Shown: positions 27,359-37,130, counted from the first letter of the stretch. The stretch: DNA of 64,000 nucleotides from Patescibacteria group bacterium (GCA_041671225.1 JBAZBY010000001.1:366940-430939); one strand, 5' to 3'. Translations and numbers: made by a program. The notes: generated from the letters alone by a model not told the origin.

Positions 27359-27760
27359 ATGGCAACGGTCTTCACAAAAATATTACAGGGGGAGATTCCA
27401 GGGAGAATCATTGCACAGAACGAGCATTGTTTTGCTTTGCTTGATATCCGCCCGGCTCAGCCCGGCCACACCCTCATTATTCCAAAACAAGAAGTGGATT
27501 ATTTTTTTGATTTAGATGAGGCGCTTCTCAATGAAATGATGCATTTTTCAAAGAAGGTCGCTGCGGCAATACAAAAAGCGACCGGCGCATCACGCATTGG
27601 CGTGAAGGTGGTTGGCCTTGAAGTGCCCCATGCGCATATTCATCTTATTCCCATTCACCACGAGCTGGAGATGGATTCGGCACGTGCGGTACAGATGTCC
27701 GCCACAGAGCTTGATGCGATGAAAGAAAAAATTATCGCAGCGCTTGGCGATACGGTGTAG
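27359..27760 (+). CDS. HIT-family hydrolase
   Basis: Histidine triad HAHIHLIP and an N-terminal TIFTKILQGEIP-type motif. Confidence 0.85.
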   Translation: MATVFTKILQGEIPGRIIAQNEHCFALLDIRPAQPGHTLIIPKQEVDYFFDLDEALLNEMMHFSKKVAAAIQKATGASRIGVKVVGLEVPHAHIHLIPIHHELEMDSARAVQMSATELDAMKEKIIAALGDTV

Positions 27761-27776
27761 TGTCGCCCTCTTCCTG

Positions 27777-28040
27777 TTATCGGTCGAGGATTTTTTGTGC
27801 TGGTGTTCGGCGGTCTTCTTGTGCTGGCGCGATGAAGCTTTGTTTCAGCAGCCAATACGTGAGTCCAAATAACCCAAGTCCGATTACAGTAAAAAGGAGA
27901 ATAAAACCTTGTTGGAATATAAAGAGACTCGCGTCAATGTTATAGATGAACATATAGAATGTGAGCAGGATGAGCCACACAGACGCCACAAAGAGACGTA
28001 AGGCGGTGTGGTGGTCGTGTTGCGGTAGTGGTGCTGACAT
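27777..28040 (-). CDS. Small membrane protein
   Basis: 87 aa with two TM helices. Confidence 0.4.
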   Translation of the reverse strand: MSAPLPQHDHHTALRLFVASVWLILLTFYMFIYNIDASLFIFQQGFILLFTVIGLGLFGLTYWLLKQSFIAPAQEDRRTPAQKILDR

Positions 28041-28044
28041 AGGA

Positions 28045-28695
28045 TTACACCTCCAACGATTCTCCGGGGCCGAGTGGTTTCACAGTAATGCCCGCTTCCC
28101 CAAGATTCTCTGCCGCAATAATATTTTGACCTTTAATAAAAAAGTCCTTGAAATACGCATCATGAATAGGAATGACGATCTTGGGGTGGACTTTTTTGGC
28201 GTATGCAAATGCTTCAAATCGCGGTCCCCAGGGTGAGACGATCGGTAGGGCAAGTACTTGGATTTCACCGTATGGAATTTCACCAAGGAAAGAATCACCT
28301 GGATGATAGACGGTGCCATTCACAATAAAGCCAATATTGTCCGGGGATGTTTTTGTGGTATGACCATGGGCTGCTGCAACGCCGATGATGGTGAATGCAC
28401 CAAGAACCTTTGTTTCTCCGGGTTGGATGATCTCCGCATGTAGTCCGTCCTTTTTTGTTTTTTCTGCGAGTTGCACATTGGTGATGATCGGTATGGCTTG
28501 CTCATGGAGGATCTGCTGTATGACATCGGGCGCATAATGGTCTGGGTGTTCATGCGTCAGTAAGATGCCATTGGGGATTGGGATATCCTTAGGATCGATA
28601 GGGTCAAGATATAAAACACCACCTGGGTCAATGAGAAGTTTCTCATCGCCCTCTTCCAGCATCAGGCAGGAATGACCATATTTGGTTATGCGCAT
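28045..28695 (-). CDS. MBL-fold metallo-hydrolase
   Basis: LLTHEHPDHY (HxHxDH) motif. Confidence 0.8.
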   Translation of the reverse strand: MRITKYGHSCLMLEEGDEKLLIDPGGVLYLDPIDPKDIPIPNGILLTHEHPDHYAPDVIQQILHEQAIPIITNVQLAEKTKKDGLHAEIIQPGETKVLGAFTIIGVAAAHGHTTKTSPDNIGFIVNGTVYHPGDSFLGEIPYGEIQVLALPIVSPWGPRFEAFAYAKKVHPKIVIPIHDAYFKDFFIKGQNIIAAENLGEAGITVKPLGPGESLEV

Positions 28696-28728
28696 AAAGG
28701 TATTGTAACGAAAAAGAAGGGGAAACGT

Positions 28729-29076
28729 CTAATGCTTTGTTATTGTCATGCGGGATTTCCACTGGTACTGTTTCATATCCACAAAAAAGTTCCCGTCGCG
28801 TTCCGTGACCTCGACGCCGTCTTTTTCAAGAAGAATTTTTTGCTCGTTTGCATTATGTTCCGGGCAGGTTGTGGAGATGTATCCTTTTGCATTGATGACG
28901 CGCCACCACGGCATGGTGTGGAGGATGGTGTCGTCAACCGCATGGAGCGCCCAGCCAACGAGCCGTGCGCCGCGCGGCATTCCGGCAAGCGCCGCGATCT
29001 GGCCATAGCTAGCAACACGGCCGCGGGGGATCTTGCGGCAGACGGCGTAGATATGTTGGTACGTTCCGTGGGGCAT
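28729..29076 (-). CDS. Alkyltransferase-like protein (ATL; MGMT DNA-binding domain lacking the active-site Cys)
   Basis: VASYGQIAALAGMPRGARLVGWAL, with PWWRVIN in place of the MGMT PCHRV motif. This is the YbaZ/Atl1 pattern. Confidence 0.8.
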   Translation of the reverse strand: MPHGTYQHIYAVCRKIPRGRVASYGQIAALAGMPRGARLVGWALHAVDDTILHTMPWWRVINAKGYISTTCPEHNANEQKILLEKDGVEVTERDGNFFVDMKQYQWKSRMTITKH

Positions 29077-29135
29077 ATCTGTACATTACAACAAAAACAC
29101 CCATGAAGGGTACATCACGTCACCGTGGTGGGTGT

Positions 29136-30194
29136 TTATTGTTCTTGCCAGCTGTCCTGCCCGATGTTGTACGTGAGGATGATATCCGCGATCTGCTGGT
29201 AGATCGCACCAAGATCCTGTGCAGTTGGAGCCGGGAAGTACATCTTTGTCCCGCCGATATCTGATGCAATGTCCGTGAGGAGCGCAGGGTTCACGCTGTT
29301 GCCAAGTCCGATGGAAAAAATTACGATGCCGTTCGCCTTTGCCGTATGTGCGGACGTACGCGTCATTGCCGTTGCTGTCGCTTCATTGATCGGCTGATTC
29401 GGCTTTCCATCCGTGAGAAGCAACATCGCCCTCGTTCGGCCTGGCCACATCACTTCTGTCAGTTGATCTGCGGCGATATCGATGGCGGCGCTGATATTCG
29501 TGTTACCGTAAGGATCGGTGATGTTCGCAATGCGCGTCTGGACGGAGGCAAGGTCTGTTGTTGGAGCAGTATCGAGTGCGGCATTCTCGTTGTATATAAC
29601 GAGGCCGATCGCATCAAAGGCTGGATCAAGATTATCCACGAATATCGATGCTGCTTCTTGCGCTGTGGCAAATGGCTCCAGGCGCGGGCCCCAGATTGCA
29701 TGAGCAGCAAGACATGGATTGCGATCGACATAAAGTCCGTTGCTGCAGGAATCGTCATCCATGCTTCCGGAGCGGTCAAAGACATGCATGAGTGCCGTAG
29801 GAGTGTGGCTTGCCGCAGGTCCTGCATCGCGATAAGAAGAAACAACAGTCCTCTCATGTGCAGCAGCAGTTCCGGTTGCCTGCAAATTTCCGCTTGCCCC
29901 GGACGCCTGAATGGTGAGGACGCACGATGCATCCCCGACGATTAGCGGAGCGGAAGCGGTGTAGGTGCTCGTATATGCTGCATTCGTCCGGAGCTGCAGA
30001 TAGCCTTCCTCAATACAGCCCTGCGCGGCAAAGAAAGCCTGTTCCGTGGTCGCATCTTGTTCCGTGCGGGTGTGGTCTTTGATCGCAATGGCGTTGCCGC
30101 GGAGCGCAAGCATGAGTAAGATAGCTGCGGAGAAAAAAACCACTGCGAGCGTGATGGCGCCTTTTTCGCTGTTGTATTGTGGTGTGGTGTTCAT
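29136..30194 (-). CDS. vWA-domain protein, putative pilus-associated adhesin
   Basis: N-terminal TM segment. MIDAS motif DRSGSMDDDS, plus LLLTDGKPN. It is the last gene of the pilin operon. Confidence 0.65.
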   Translation of the reverse strand: MNTTPQYNSEKGAITLAVVFFSAAILLMLALRGNAIAIKDHTRTEQDATTEQAFFAAQGCIEEGYLQLRTNAAYTSTYTASAPLIVGDASCVLTIQASGASGNLQATGTAAAHERTVVSSYRDAGPAASHTPTALMHVFDRSGSMDDDSCSNGLYVDRNPCLAAHAIWGPRLEPFATAQEAASIFVDNLDPAFDAIGLVIYNENAALDTAPTTDLASVQTRIANITDPYGNTNISAAIDIAADQLTEVMWPGRTRAMLLLTDGKPNQPINEATATAMTRTSAHTAKANGIVIFSIGLGNSVNPALLTDIASDIGGTKMYFPAPTAQDLGAIYQQIADIILTYNIGQDSWQEQ

Positions 30195-30673
30195 TAGCGT
30201 CCTTGTCGGTATGCAATGGTCGAATGGATGCTTTGGGATTGCGTACCCACCTGTATGGTGAGTGAGACCTGAAGCGCGGAGGAAACAGTTTGGAATGTGG
30301 CGTTTGTGACCGTTGCATCTGCGTCGATCACGGAAATAAGATTTGGCGGTGTGCCAACAGCGTTGCCGATAAGTAAGGCATTGTTTTCGTACCGCATGCG
30401 GGTAATAACGGGGTTCGTGTCCGGCTCTGCATAAAAATCGACTTGACCCGGCTGAATTTCAATGTGGTATGCGTTGCGTGCCGCATAGGTGATCGTTGAG
30501 AGGGTATTCCGCGCGATCTCCTGTGCGTGTTGCTGATCGGCAAGTAAGGTCTGTTGCCTGGTCATGTTGAGCACCATACCTCCAAAGAACGTGAGCACCA
30601 TTCCGGAGAGCCCGAGGTACAGGAGAACTTCTATCATCGTTATGCCGCGTTGGTTCATCGTCGTTATTTCCAA
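30194..30673 (-). CDS. Type IV pilin / pseudopilin (prepilin)
   Basis: QRG|ITMIEVLLYLGL: class III signal with Glu at +5. Confidence 0.75.
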   Translation of the reverse strand: MEITTMNQRGITMIEVLLYLGLSGMVLTFFGGMVLNMTRQQTLLADQQHAQEIARNTLSTITYAARNAYHIEIQPGQVDFYAEPDTNPVITRMRYENNALLIGNAVGTPPNLISVIDADATVTNATFQTVSSALQVSLTIQVGTQSQSIHSTIAYRQGR

Positions 30674-31152
30674 TGAGTGAGAAAGGTTTCCAACTGTTCG
30701 GTTTTGGGCAGATCTCCTTCATGCCACGATACCGTGACGGTCGCGTGGCGTACTTGGTCATCGTCCACCCCGTTCAGCGAAAGCTTTCCGAGCGCATCGC
30801 GGTGTCCCGGAGTGATCTGGAGCAAACGCGAGAACGTGCTGTCGATGGCCTCACCGTCAGGAAGGGCCGTTTCCACCTGGAGTACCAGATTCCCGCTTTG
30901 TTCCACGATGCGGTAGTATTCTTCACCTGGTGTCAGTGTGAGATTGCTCCAATCGTCATACTTCATGGCGAATACTTGCTCCATGGTTTCCTTTGCGTAT
31001 GCGGCTGCCTGCCCCTTGAGCTCCGATGCTGTGGTGAGTTTGCTGTTCGCACCGATGAGCGCTCCGACGGCCAGACTGAAGATGACGCCGATGCCCAATG
31101 TGAGCAACACTTCCAGTACAAGACTGCCGCGTTGTGTGGTGTTGTTCTTCAT
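30664..31152 (-). CDS. Type IV pilin / pseudopilin (prepilin)
   Basis: MKNNTTQRG|SLVLEVLLTLGIGV with Glu at +5. Confidence 0.75.
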   Translation of the reverse strand: MKNNTTQRGSLVLEVLLTLGIGVIFSLAVGALIGANSKLTTASELKGQAAAYAKETMEQVFAMKYDDWSNLTLTPGEEYYRIVEQSGNLVLQVETALPDGEAIDSTFSRLLQITPGHRDALGKLSLNGVDDDQVRHATVTVSWHEGDLPKTEQLETFLTHWK

Positions 31153-31586
31153 TGGATATGTGCGTCAATGATCCCTGGCTGTGCAATGGTGAGGAGTGCG
31201 CTTTGCGTACCGCGCGTGAGCGTTAATGTTGCATTTGTATCCGGCACGCCCGTGAGCTTGGCAAATATGACGGTTCCTGGGGCGAGGTTGCAGTTCACTC
31301 CACTTGGCAATAGAGTGGCTTCTTCCACGCTCCGCACTCCGGTGCTGGTGATGCCAAACCGCGTGAATGTCGCGCCGTTGCATTCCATGCCCCATTTCAA
31401 ACCACGTACGGATGTTCGCGACATGCTCTGCGTCTCTTCTATGCGCTGCTCGGCATCTGCAACTTCATTTCCAAAAGCAGTGCGCTTGTGGCTTGCCATG
31501 AGCGCCCCAACTCCAATACTAAACAGCACGGTGATCATGCTGATCACTGCAAGCACTTCGATCAATGTGGTGCCGCGCTGGTTCAT
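31149..31586 (-). CDS. Type IV pilin (probable major pilin)
   Basis: MNQRG|TTLIEVLAVISMITVLFSIG with Glu at +5. It is the first pilin after pilC. Confidence 0.75.
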   Translation of the reverse strand: MNQRGTTLIEVLAVISMITVLFSIGVGALMASHKRTAFGNEVADAEQRIEETQSMSRTSVRGLKWGMECNGATFTRFGITSTGVRSVEEATLLPSGVNCNLAPGTVIFAKLTGVPDTNATLTLTRGTQSALLTIAQPGIIDAHIQ

Positions 31587-31589
31587 ATA

Positions 31590-32798
31590 TCAGATGACGT
31601 TCACAAAGTTCCAGAGAGGGAAGAACACGGCAAAGGCAAGTCCGCCGACGACCACGCCGGCAATGATGAGTAAGATAGGCTCAAGAAGCGTTGCGACGTT
31701 TTCTGACCACTGTTCCAGATCTTCGTCGTAATACCGCGCAAGATTCGTGAACATGTCATCCAGGTGGCCGGTCTTTTCTCCGGTTCCCACCATGCGCCGG
31801 AAGACCGGCAAGTAGATGGCAGGATTCCCTTCCACGATATCGGTAAGACTCACGCCGCGCCGTACGAGGCTGCCTCCGTGTTGCAATGCTTCACGGTACA
31901 GGACGTTCGGTGCAGAATTTGCAGTGAGCAATAATGCCTGATCGAGCGATACGCCTGCCTTTGCGAGCATGGCAAGTGAACGGCTGATGAGCGCGATATT
32001 CACTTTTTGTAACACCGTTCCGATGAGCGGAAGTGCGAGTTGTATTTTGTGCAATTGTCTTTGCACGCGCGGAAGGTGGTGGACTTCCCTCTTGGCAATG
32101 AAGACAAACAGTATGAGGATCGCGAGAGCGTATGCGCCGTATGTTGCCATGAACGTGCTCGTGTCGATGAGCAGTTGCGTAAAAAACGGGAGAGATACGG
32201 AAGAATCAGCATAGATCTCTGCAACGCGCGGGATCACGAAGAGCATCATCATGATGACGATACCGATCATGGTGATGAGGATCAGGATAGGGTACAGCAA
32301 TGCGTTGCGGATCTTGCGCATGATGCGCAAATTTCCTTCCTGTTGTTTTAACAGGAATTCCAGTGCCTCGATGAGTTTTCCGCTTCGTTCGCCGACGAGC
32401 ACCATGGCTCGGTACAAACCGGAGAACACATGAGGGAAATGATTGAGACTCATTGACATCGGCTGCCCATGTTCAACGGTGGTTATGATATCTTGGATGA
32501 TCATCTGCATGCGGGGATGGTCTGTCTGTTGTTTCATGGTTGCGAGCGATTCTGTGAGGGGGAGACCAGCGCGCAGCATCGTCATCATGTTTCGGGTGAA
32601 TATGATGCGATCCATTTGTGAGACGCCGCGTCGGAACAAGCGGCGGGTCTTATGTTTTGCCGTCATTTTGTCCAGCCGAACGGTGGTGAGGCCGGTGTGG
32701 TGCATTTTTTTTGCCGCATGCGCCCGCGTCCATCCTTGGATGGTTCCTCGTTCAATGGCGTTTTCCAGCGTAAGTGCGGTGTATGTATAGGTGGTCAT
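31590..32798 (-). CDS. pilC: Type IV pilus assembly platform protein PilC (GspF family)
   Basis: 402 aa with two GspF-type repeats and three TM segments. Confidence 0.85.
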   Translation of the reverse strand: MTTYTYTALTLENAIERGTIQGWTRAHAAKKMHHTGLTTVRLDKMTAKHKTRRLFRRGVSQMDRIIFTRNMMTMLRAGLPLTESLATMKQQTDHPRMQMIIQDIITTVEHGQPMSMSLNHFPHVFSGLYRAMVLVGERSGKLIEALEFLLKQQEGNLRIMRKIRNALLYPILILITMIGIVIMMMLFVIPRVAEIYADSSVSLPFFTQLLIDTSTFMATYGAYALAILILFVFIAKREVHHLPRVQRQLHKIQLALPLIGTVLQKVNIALISRSLAMLAKAGVSLDQALLLTANSAPNVLYREALQHGGSLVRRGVSLTDIVEGNPAIYLPVFRRMVGTGEKTGHLDDMFTNLARYYDEDLEQWSENVATLLEPILLIIAGVVVGGLAFAVFFPLWNFVNVI

Positions 32799-32807
32799 AA
32801 AGATGTC

Positions 32808-34520
32808 TTAGCGTATGACTCGGGCGATCTCTTTTGGAGTTGTCTGATGCGTGCGCACTTTCTCCAGCGCGTTATGGTGCAGAAAGCGCATTCCCAGTTG
32901 CGTTGCGCGTTCGCGCAGGCGCATGACAGGCGCACGATCGATGATCAGGCCATGGAACGATTCATCGATGACCATGGTCTCAAAGATGCCGCTGCGGCCG
33001 ATGAATCCGGTATCAAGGCATTCACTGCAGCCTGTTGCTTCAGCAACCACGAGCGGCTGTCTTTGTTCTTCCGGCGTCTGTGCCGCGCGGAGCGGTTCCG
33101 GCAGGTTGGTCATTGTGTACGTTTTTTTGCAGCGTGCGCAAAGCGTGCGTACAAGGCGCTGACTCACCACTGCACGAAGTGCTGCGGTAATGAGGTATGG
33201 CTCAATGCCCATATCAATGAGGCGCGGCACTGCCCCCGCAGCATTACGCGTGTGGAGCGATGCCAGCACGAGGTGTCCGGTCAGAGCGGCGTTGATGGCG
33301 ATTTCCGCTGTTTCGCGGTCGCGTATCTCACCCACAAGGATGATATCCGGATCCTGTCGGAGAATGGCTCTGAGCCCGCGCGCAAAGGTGAGGCCTGCGC
33401 GTGAGTTCGCCTGGATCTGGTTCACGCCATCAAGATGGTATTCGATTGGATCTTCGATGGTGGAGATGTTCAAGTGGCTTCGATCAAGCTCATTAAGCAT
33501 GGCATACAGTGTTGTTGTCTTGCCGGAGCCGGTTGGGCCGGTGACAAGGACAAGGCCGCTTGAGCTTGTGAGTAATTTTTTAATCTGTTGGCGCTGCGCA
33601 TCGTCTATGCCAAGCGCTTCAAGACTGAGCTGTTGCGGTGCCGTATCCAAAAAACGCAATGCAGCTTTTTCTCCGTGAAGCGTCGGAACGATGGAGACGC
33701 GGATGGATGCGCGAACGCCGTCGTCGTGAAATGTCACGCGGCCGTCCTGTGGCTGTTGATGTTCATCAAGACGAAGATTCGCCAGGACCTTAAGGCGTGC
33801 GAGAAGCGATGCATGCAATTCTTTTGGAAGGTGGTACTGCTCATAGAGCACGCCATCGATGCGGAATCGGACGACAACGGATTCTTCCATGGGCTCCACA
33901 TGCACATCGCTTGCCTTGCGCTCCAGCGCGAGGTGGATGAGGTGGTGCATGACCTCCATACTTGCAGAGGATTCCGGATTTTGTGCGGTATCTATATTCT
34001 GTGCGGAAATTGCATCAATACGCTCGGCATGGTCCGTGTGTGATTGTCCGTATACTCGCTTAACGGCATCCAGGATATCCTGCTCTGCGGCAAGGAATGG
34101 GATGATGGACTTTCCAACTTGTGCACTCAAGTGTTTTGCAAGGTCGGTCGTTTCCGGCTTTGCAAATGCAACGTACATTTCATTGTCATCTTCGTAAAAA
34201 GGGAGTGCACACAATGTTTCTGCGATCTCTCGCGGAAGACGTGCTGTAAGGTTCGGTGCAATGGCGGTATCCTGCAAAGATACCACGGGAATGTGGTATT
34301 CATCGCGAAGGCGCTTGAGGAGCGTGCTATGCTCCACGTCTTCTTGCTGCATATAAAAATCCAACACATTGCCTTGCTTCGCTTTTTCAAAACTTCGGAA
34401 GCGTTTGGCCATGTGCTTATCCATGAGCCCCTCTTGTTTCAGCGCGTGGATGAGCTTTTTGATCGACATAGGTTTGATAAAATAACCGGACACCTTACAC
34501 AAAATCCCCCTTCTTGTCAA
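32808..34520 (-). CDS. pilB: Type IV pilus assembly ATPase PilB (GspE family)
   Basis: Walker A GPTGSGKTTTLYAML, an Asp box, His box LASLHTRNAAGA and a C-terminal CARCKK...CSEC tetracysteine. The annotated start appears non-ATG; the first ATG (MSIKK) lies 51 nt downstream. Confidence 0.85.
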   Translation of the reverse strand: MTRRGILCKVSGYFIKPMSIKKLIHALKQEGLMDKHMAKRFRSFEKAKQGNVLDFYMQQEDVEHSTLLKRLRDEYHIPVVSLQDTAIAPNLTARLPREIAETLCALPFYEDDNEMYVAFAKPETTDLAKHLSAQVGKSIIPFLAAEQDILDAVKRVYGQSHTDHAERIDAISAQNIDTAQNPESSASMEVMHHLIHLALERKASDVHVEPMEESVVVRFRIDGVLYEQYHLPKELHASLLARLKVLANLRLDEHQQPQDGRVTFHDDGVRASIRVSIVPTLHGEKAALRFLDTAPQQLSLEALGIDDAQRQQIKKLLTSSSGLVLVTGPTGSGKTTTLYAMLNELDRSHLNISTIEDPIEYHLDGVNQIQANSRAGLTFARGLRAILRQDPDIILVGEIRDRETAEIAINAALTGHLVLASLHTRNAAGAVPRLIDMGIEPYLITAALRAVVSQRLVRTLCARCKKTYTMTNLPEPLRAAQTPEEQRQPLVVAEATGCSECLDTGFIGRSGIFETMVIDESFHGLIIDRAPVMRLRERATQLGMRFLHHNALEKVRTHQTTPKEIARVIR

Positions 34521-34604
34521 GGAGTAGGATGATTTTTCTTGCTAATAATAGCGGTTATTTTGACCTATTCAACTGTAGCAGTCGTTCGTTTTGGAAGATG
34601 TACC

Positions 34605-35204
34605 TTAACCCGGGCTCTGGCCGACGCCGGAGCTCTTTTTGAGTTTGTTTATCTCTTTTTCCAATGTTCCGATGTATTTTTCCATCTTTTTTGTGCGTTC
34701 CGTGAACTTTGATTCGAGGTGATTTGTATGGCCGGCAAGCGTCTCAGCGACCATCATCATTTCTGAGACGTCTTCCATGGCCAGCAGTATGATGTGCGGC
34801 AAAAGTTTCGTAGCGGCTCCCTCTTGAAAATGGATCTGGCGGGCATTGAGGATCATGACCTTGTGTCCGATGAAAGGGAACTCATGTGAAACTTCAAAAC
34901 CTTTGAAAAAGGTATTCTTCGGAAGGATGTCCTCCAGGAGTTTTTTGAGTGCAGGAATATTCCATTGGCCATTCCCAAGTTCATACACTACCTTGCCGTC
35001 GGTATCCTTTTGTTCCACCTGGAACGTCCGGTAGAAGGATTCATTGGCCGCTATGACACGAAGATCTTCATCAAGGATCAATACCGGCTCCCGCACAATA
35101 TCCACCACTGTTCTGATGTATGTCCAACTTTCTTCCCGCAAGCGGTCGAAAAGATCAGACCCGATGTTCTGAAATGTCTGTTCGGTATACTTTGTTGTTT
35201 CCAT
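34605..35204 (-). CDS. PAS-domain protein with a C-terminal coiled coil
   Basis: PAS fold VDIVREPVLILDEDLRVIAANESFYRTF...GQW. The C-terminus EKYIGTLEKEINKLKK is coiled-coil. Confidence 0.7.
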   Translation of the reverse strand: METTKYTEQTFQNIGSDLFDRLREESWTYIRTVVDIVREPVLILDEDLRVIAANESFYRTFQVEQKDTDGKVVYELGNGQWNIPALKKLLEDILPKNTFFKGFEVSHEFPFIGHKVMILNARQIHFQEGAATKLLPHIILLAMEDVSEMMMVAETLAGHTNHLESKFTERTKKMEKYIGTLEKEINKLKKSSGVGQSPG

Positions 35205-35440
35205 GTATATAAAGACGCGTAAGAGATCAAATTCTTACAATGCACCATACGCCGCAGCAAGCTGCATCGCGGTACCACGGCATTTCTCTTTTAGTGGTAT
35301 GATTGTAATGCTCCTGTCATAGGCATCATTCTTTCTGGAATGGCAATATAGTCGCAAAATGGGAGCTTTCCATCAATAACGACTGTTCTACTGTAATACT
35401 CGTGTAATAATACCCATCTTCGGGCGGCTTTATATATGTA

Positions 35441-35953
35441 ATGAACCCTACACAGACAACCAAATTACAGGCAGTTTTGGCCACGGCACACCATGACTAT
35501 CAAAAAGGGCTCACGACCCATGCTTTTTTCAAGGTGCCTGACCGCACGATGAGCGACGACCTTGTCCAAGACACCTTCATGAAAACATGGAGTTATCTGA
35601 TCAAGGGAGGAAAGATCGATGTAATGAAGGCCTTTCTCTATCATGTCCTTAACCATCTGATTGTGGATGAATATCGAAAGAACAAGACGGTCTCGCTTGA
35701 CGTCCTTCTTGAAAAAGGATTTGAACCGAGCATCGACCCTTCCAAGCGCTTGGTCAATTTTTTGGACGGAAAAACCGCGCTGTTGTTGATCCAGCGCCTT
35801 CCACAGAAATATCAAAAAGTGATGCGCATGCGGTATACTCAGGATCTTTCGCTGCAGGAAATGTCCCTTATTACCGGACAATCAAAGAATGCTATGGCAG
35901 TGCAAGTCCATCGAGGGCTTAAGAAATTGAAACAGCTTTATTATCCCATATAA
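35441..35953 (+). CDS. ECF-type RNA polymerase sigma factor (sigma-70 regions 2 and 4)
   Basis: Region 2 DDLVQDTFMKTWSYL...VLNHLIVDEYRK. Region 4 LPQKYQKVMRMRYTQDLSLQEMSLITGQSKNAMAVQVHRGLKKLK. Confidence 0.85.
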   Translation: MNPTQTTKLQAVLATAHHDYQKGLTTHAFFKVPDRTMSDDLVQDTFMKTWSYLIKGGKIDVMKAFLYHVLNHLIVDEYRKNKTVSLDVLLEKGFEPSIDPSKRLVNFLDGKTALLLIQRLPQKYQKVMRMRYTQDLSLQEMSLITGQSKNAMAVQVHRGLKKLKQLYYPI

Positions 35954-36128
35954 ATAAGGAAAAGAAGGAGAAAAAGTGGCGGAGCGTCGTATCGGGTACT
36001 TGTAATGGATTCTTTTACAGCACGGCATATACAGTACAGAGGCAGTACGCACTAGAGTAACTTTTAACCCATGTATCATGGGGTGCACCTTGTCCACGGT
36101 GCTCAACTCATTTTATAAGAAATTTTCT

Positions 36129-36683
36129 ATGGCTGATCCAAATTTTTCCCCCTCGCACAGCGAGGATGAACTGACCAAGGTTTCGAATGCGAATTCCGAA
36201 CAAACGATACGAAAGAGCACAGCAACGGGAACCAATCAGGTAGCCCAAACGGTCTCAACGTCGACAAAAACGCCGACAAGCCAGTCAACAAAGACCGAAC
36301 ACACCGTTGGCGCAACACCGGGTGCGGAGAAAACATACGGAACAAAGAAAACCCTTTTTCACGCCTACCAGGTCATCTGGTACCTTTTCGGCTTTATTGA
36401 GATCGTTCTCGCATTCCGCTTCGTCCTCAAACTGCTTGGCGCAAACCCTGAAGCCGGATTCAGCGCGTTTGTCTACAACGTCAGCGCACCGTTCGCCGGC
36501 CCATTCGCGAGTATGTTCCAGGCCTCAGCAAATGAAGGTATTGAAACGACCTCCTTCTTTGAGTGGTCAACACTTGTAGCTGCTTTTGTCTACATCGTCA
36601 TCACGTGGGGCGTCATTAAGATCTTCAAACTCGGTAATCCAAAAGACCCCAAGGAGATCGTCAGATCAGTTGATAGTGAATAA
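36129..36683 (+). CDS. YggT-like membrane protein with an ~80-aa S/T-rich N-terminal cytoplasmic extension
   Basis: AYQVIWYLFGFIEIVLAFRFVLKLLGANPEAGFSAFVYNVSAPFAGPF resembles a YggT (PF02325) core. It lies directly downstream of the ECF sigma gene. Confidence 0.55.
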   Translation: MADPNFSPSHSEDELTKVSNANSEQTIRKSTATGTNQVAQTVSTSTKTPTSQSTKTEHTVGATPGAEKTYGTKKTLFHAYQVIWYLFGFIEIVLAFRFVLKLLGANPEAGFSAFVYNVSAPFAGPFASMFQASANEGIETTSFFEWSTLVAAFVYIVITWGVIKIFKLGNPKDPKEIVRSVDSE

Positions 36684-36699
36684 TACCGAAGGATACTAT

Positions 36700-36861
36700 A
36701 TGGCGGAATCAAACTCCAAAAAACCTGCAAAGAAAAAAGGTCATCCATTGCGCAAGCTCGTTGGTACGGTCGTCGTTGCTGGTGCGACCTATGCGGTGGA
36801 AAAAATGATCGAATCCCGCAGGAACAAGAAGGCACTGAAAAAAAAGAAAGAATCTTCATAA
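36700..36861 (+). CDS. Small basic protein (53 aa)
   Basis: MAESNSKKPAKKKGHPLRKLVGTVVVAGATYAVEKMIESRRNKKALKKKKESS. Confidence 0.4.
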   Translation: MAESNSKKPAKKKGHPLRKLVGTVVVAGATYAVEKMIESRRNKKALKKKKESS

Positions 36862-36874
36862 CAAACTCACACAT

Positions 36875-37024
36875 ATGTTATTGATCATCGGAATAATTGT
36901 TCTTGGACTGTGGTTGCTTGGGTTCGTTTTTCACTTTTTAGGAGGATTCATTCATATACTACTGGTCATTGCTGTCATCTTCTTTTTGATACGGGTGATC
37001 CAGGGTCGCAATCCATTGAAGTAG
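36875..37024 (+). CDS. Lmo0937-family small membrane protein (46 aa)
   Basis: MLLIIGIIVLGLWLLGFVFHFLGGFIHILLVIAVIFFLIRVIQGRNPLK matches the conserved ~46-aa family. Confidence 0.6.
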   Translation: MLLIIGIIVLGLWLLGFVFHFLGGFIHILLVIAVIFFLIRVIQGRNPLK

Positions 37025-37130
37025 AGGAGGAGAAGCGAAGCGGCGGGCTTCCCCGTTGCTAAGAATCAGGAAAGGAGAAACCCAAAAAACTCCCCGCATA
37101 TATTGTGGGGCGTTTTTTGATTTGCCGTTA

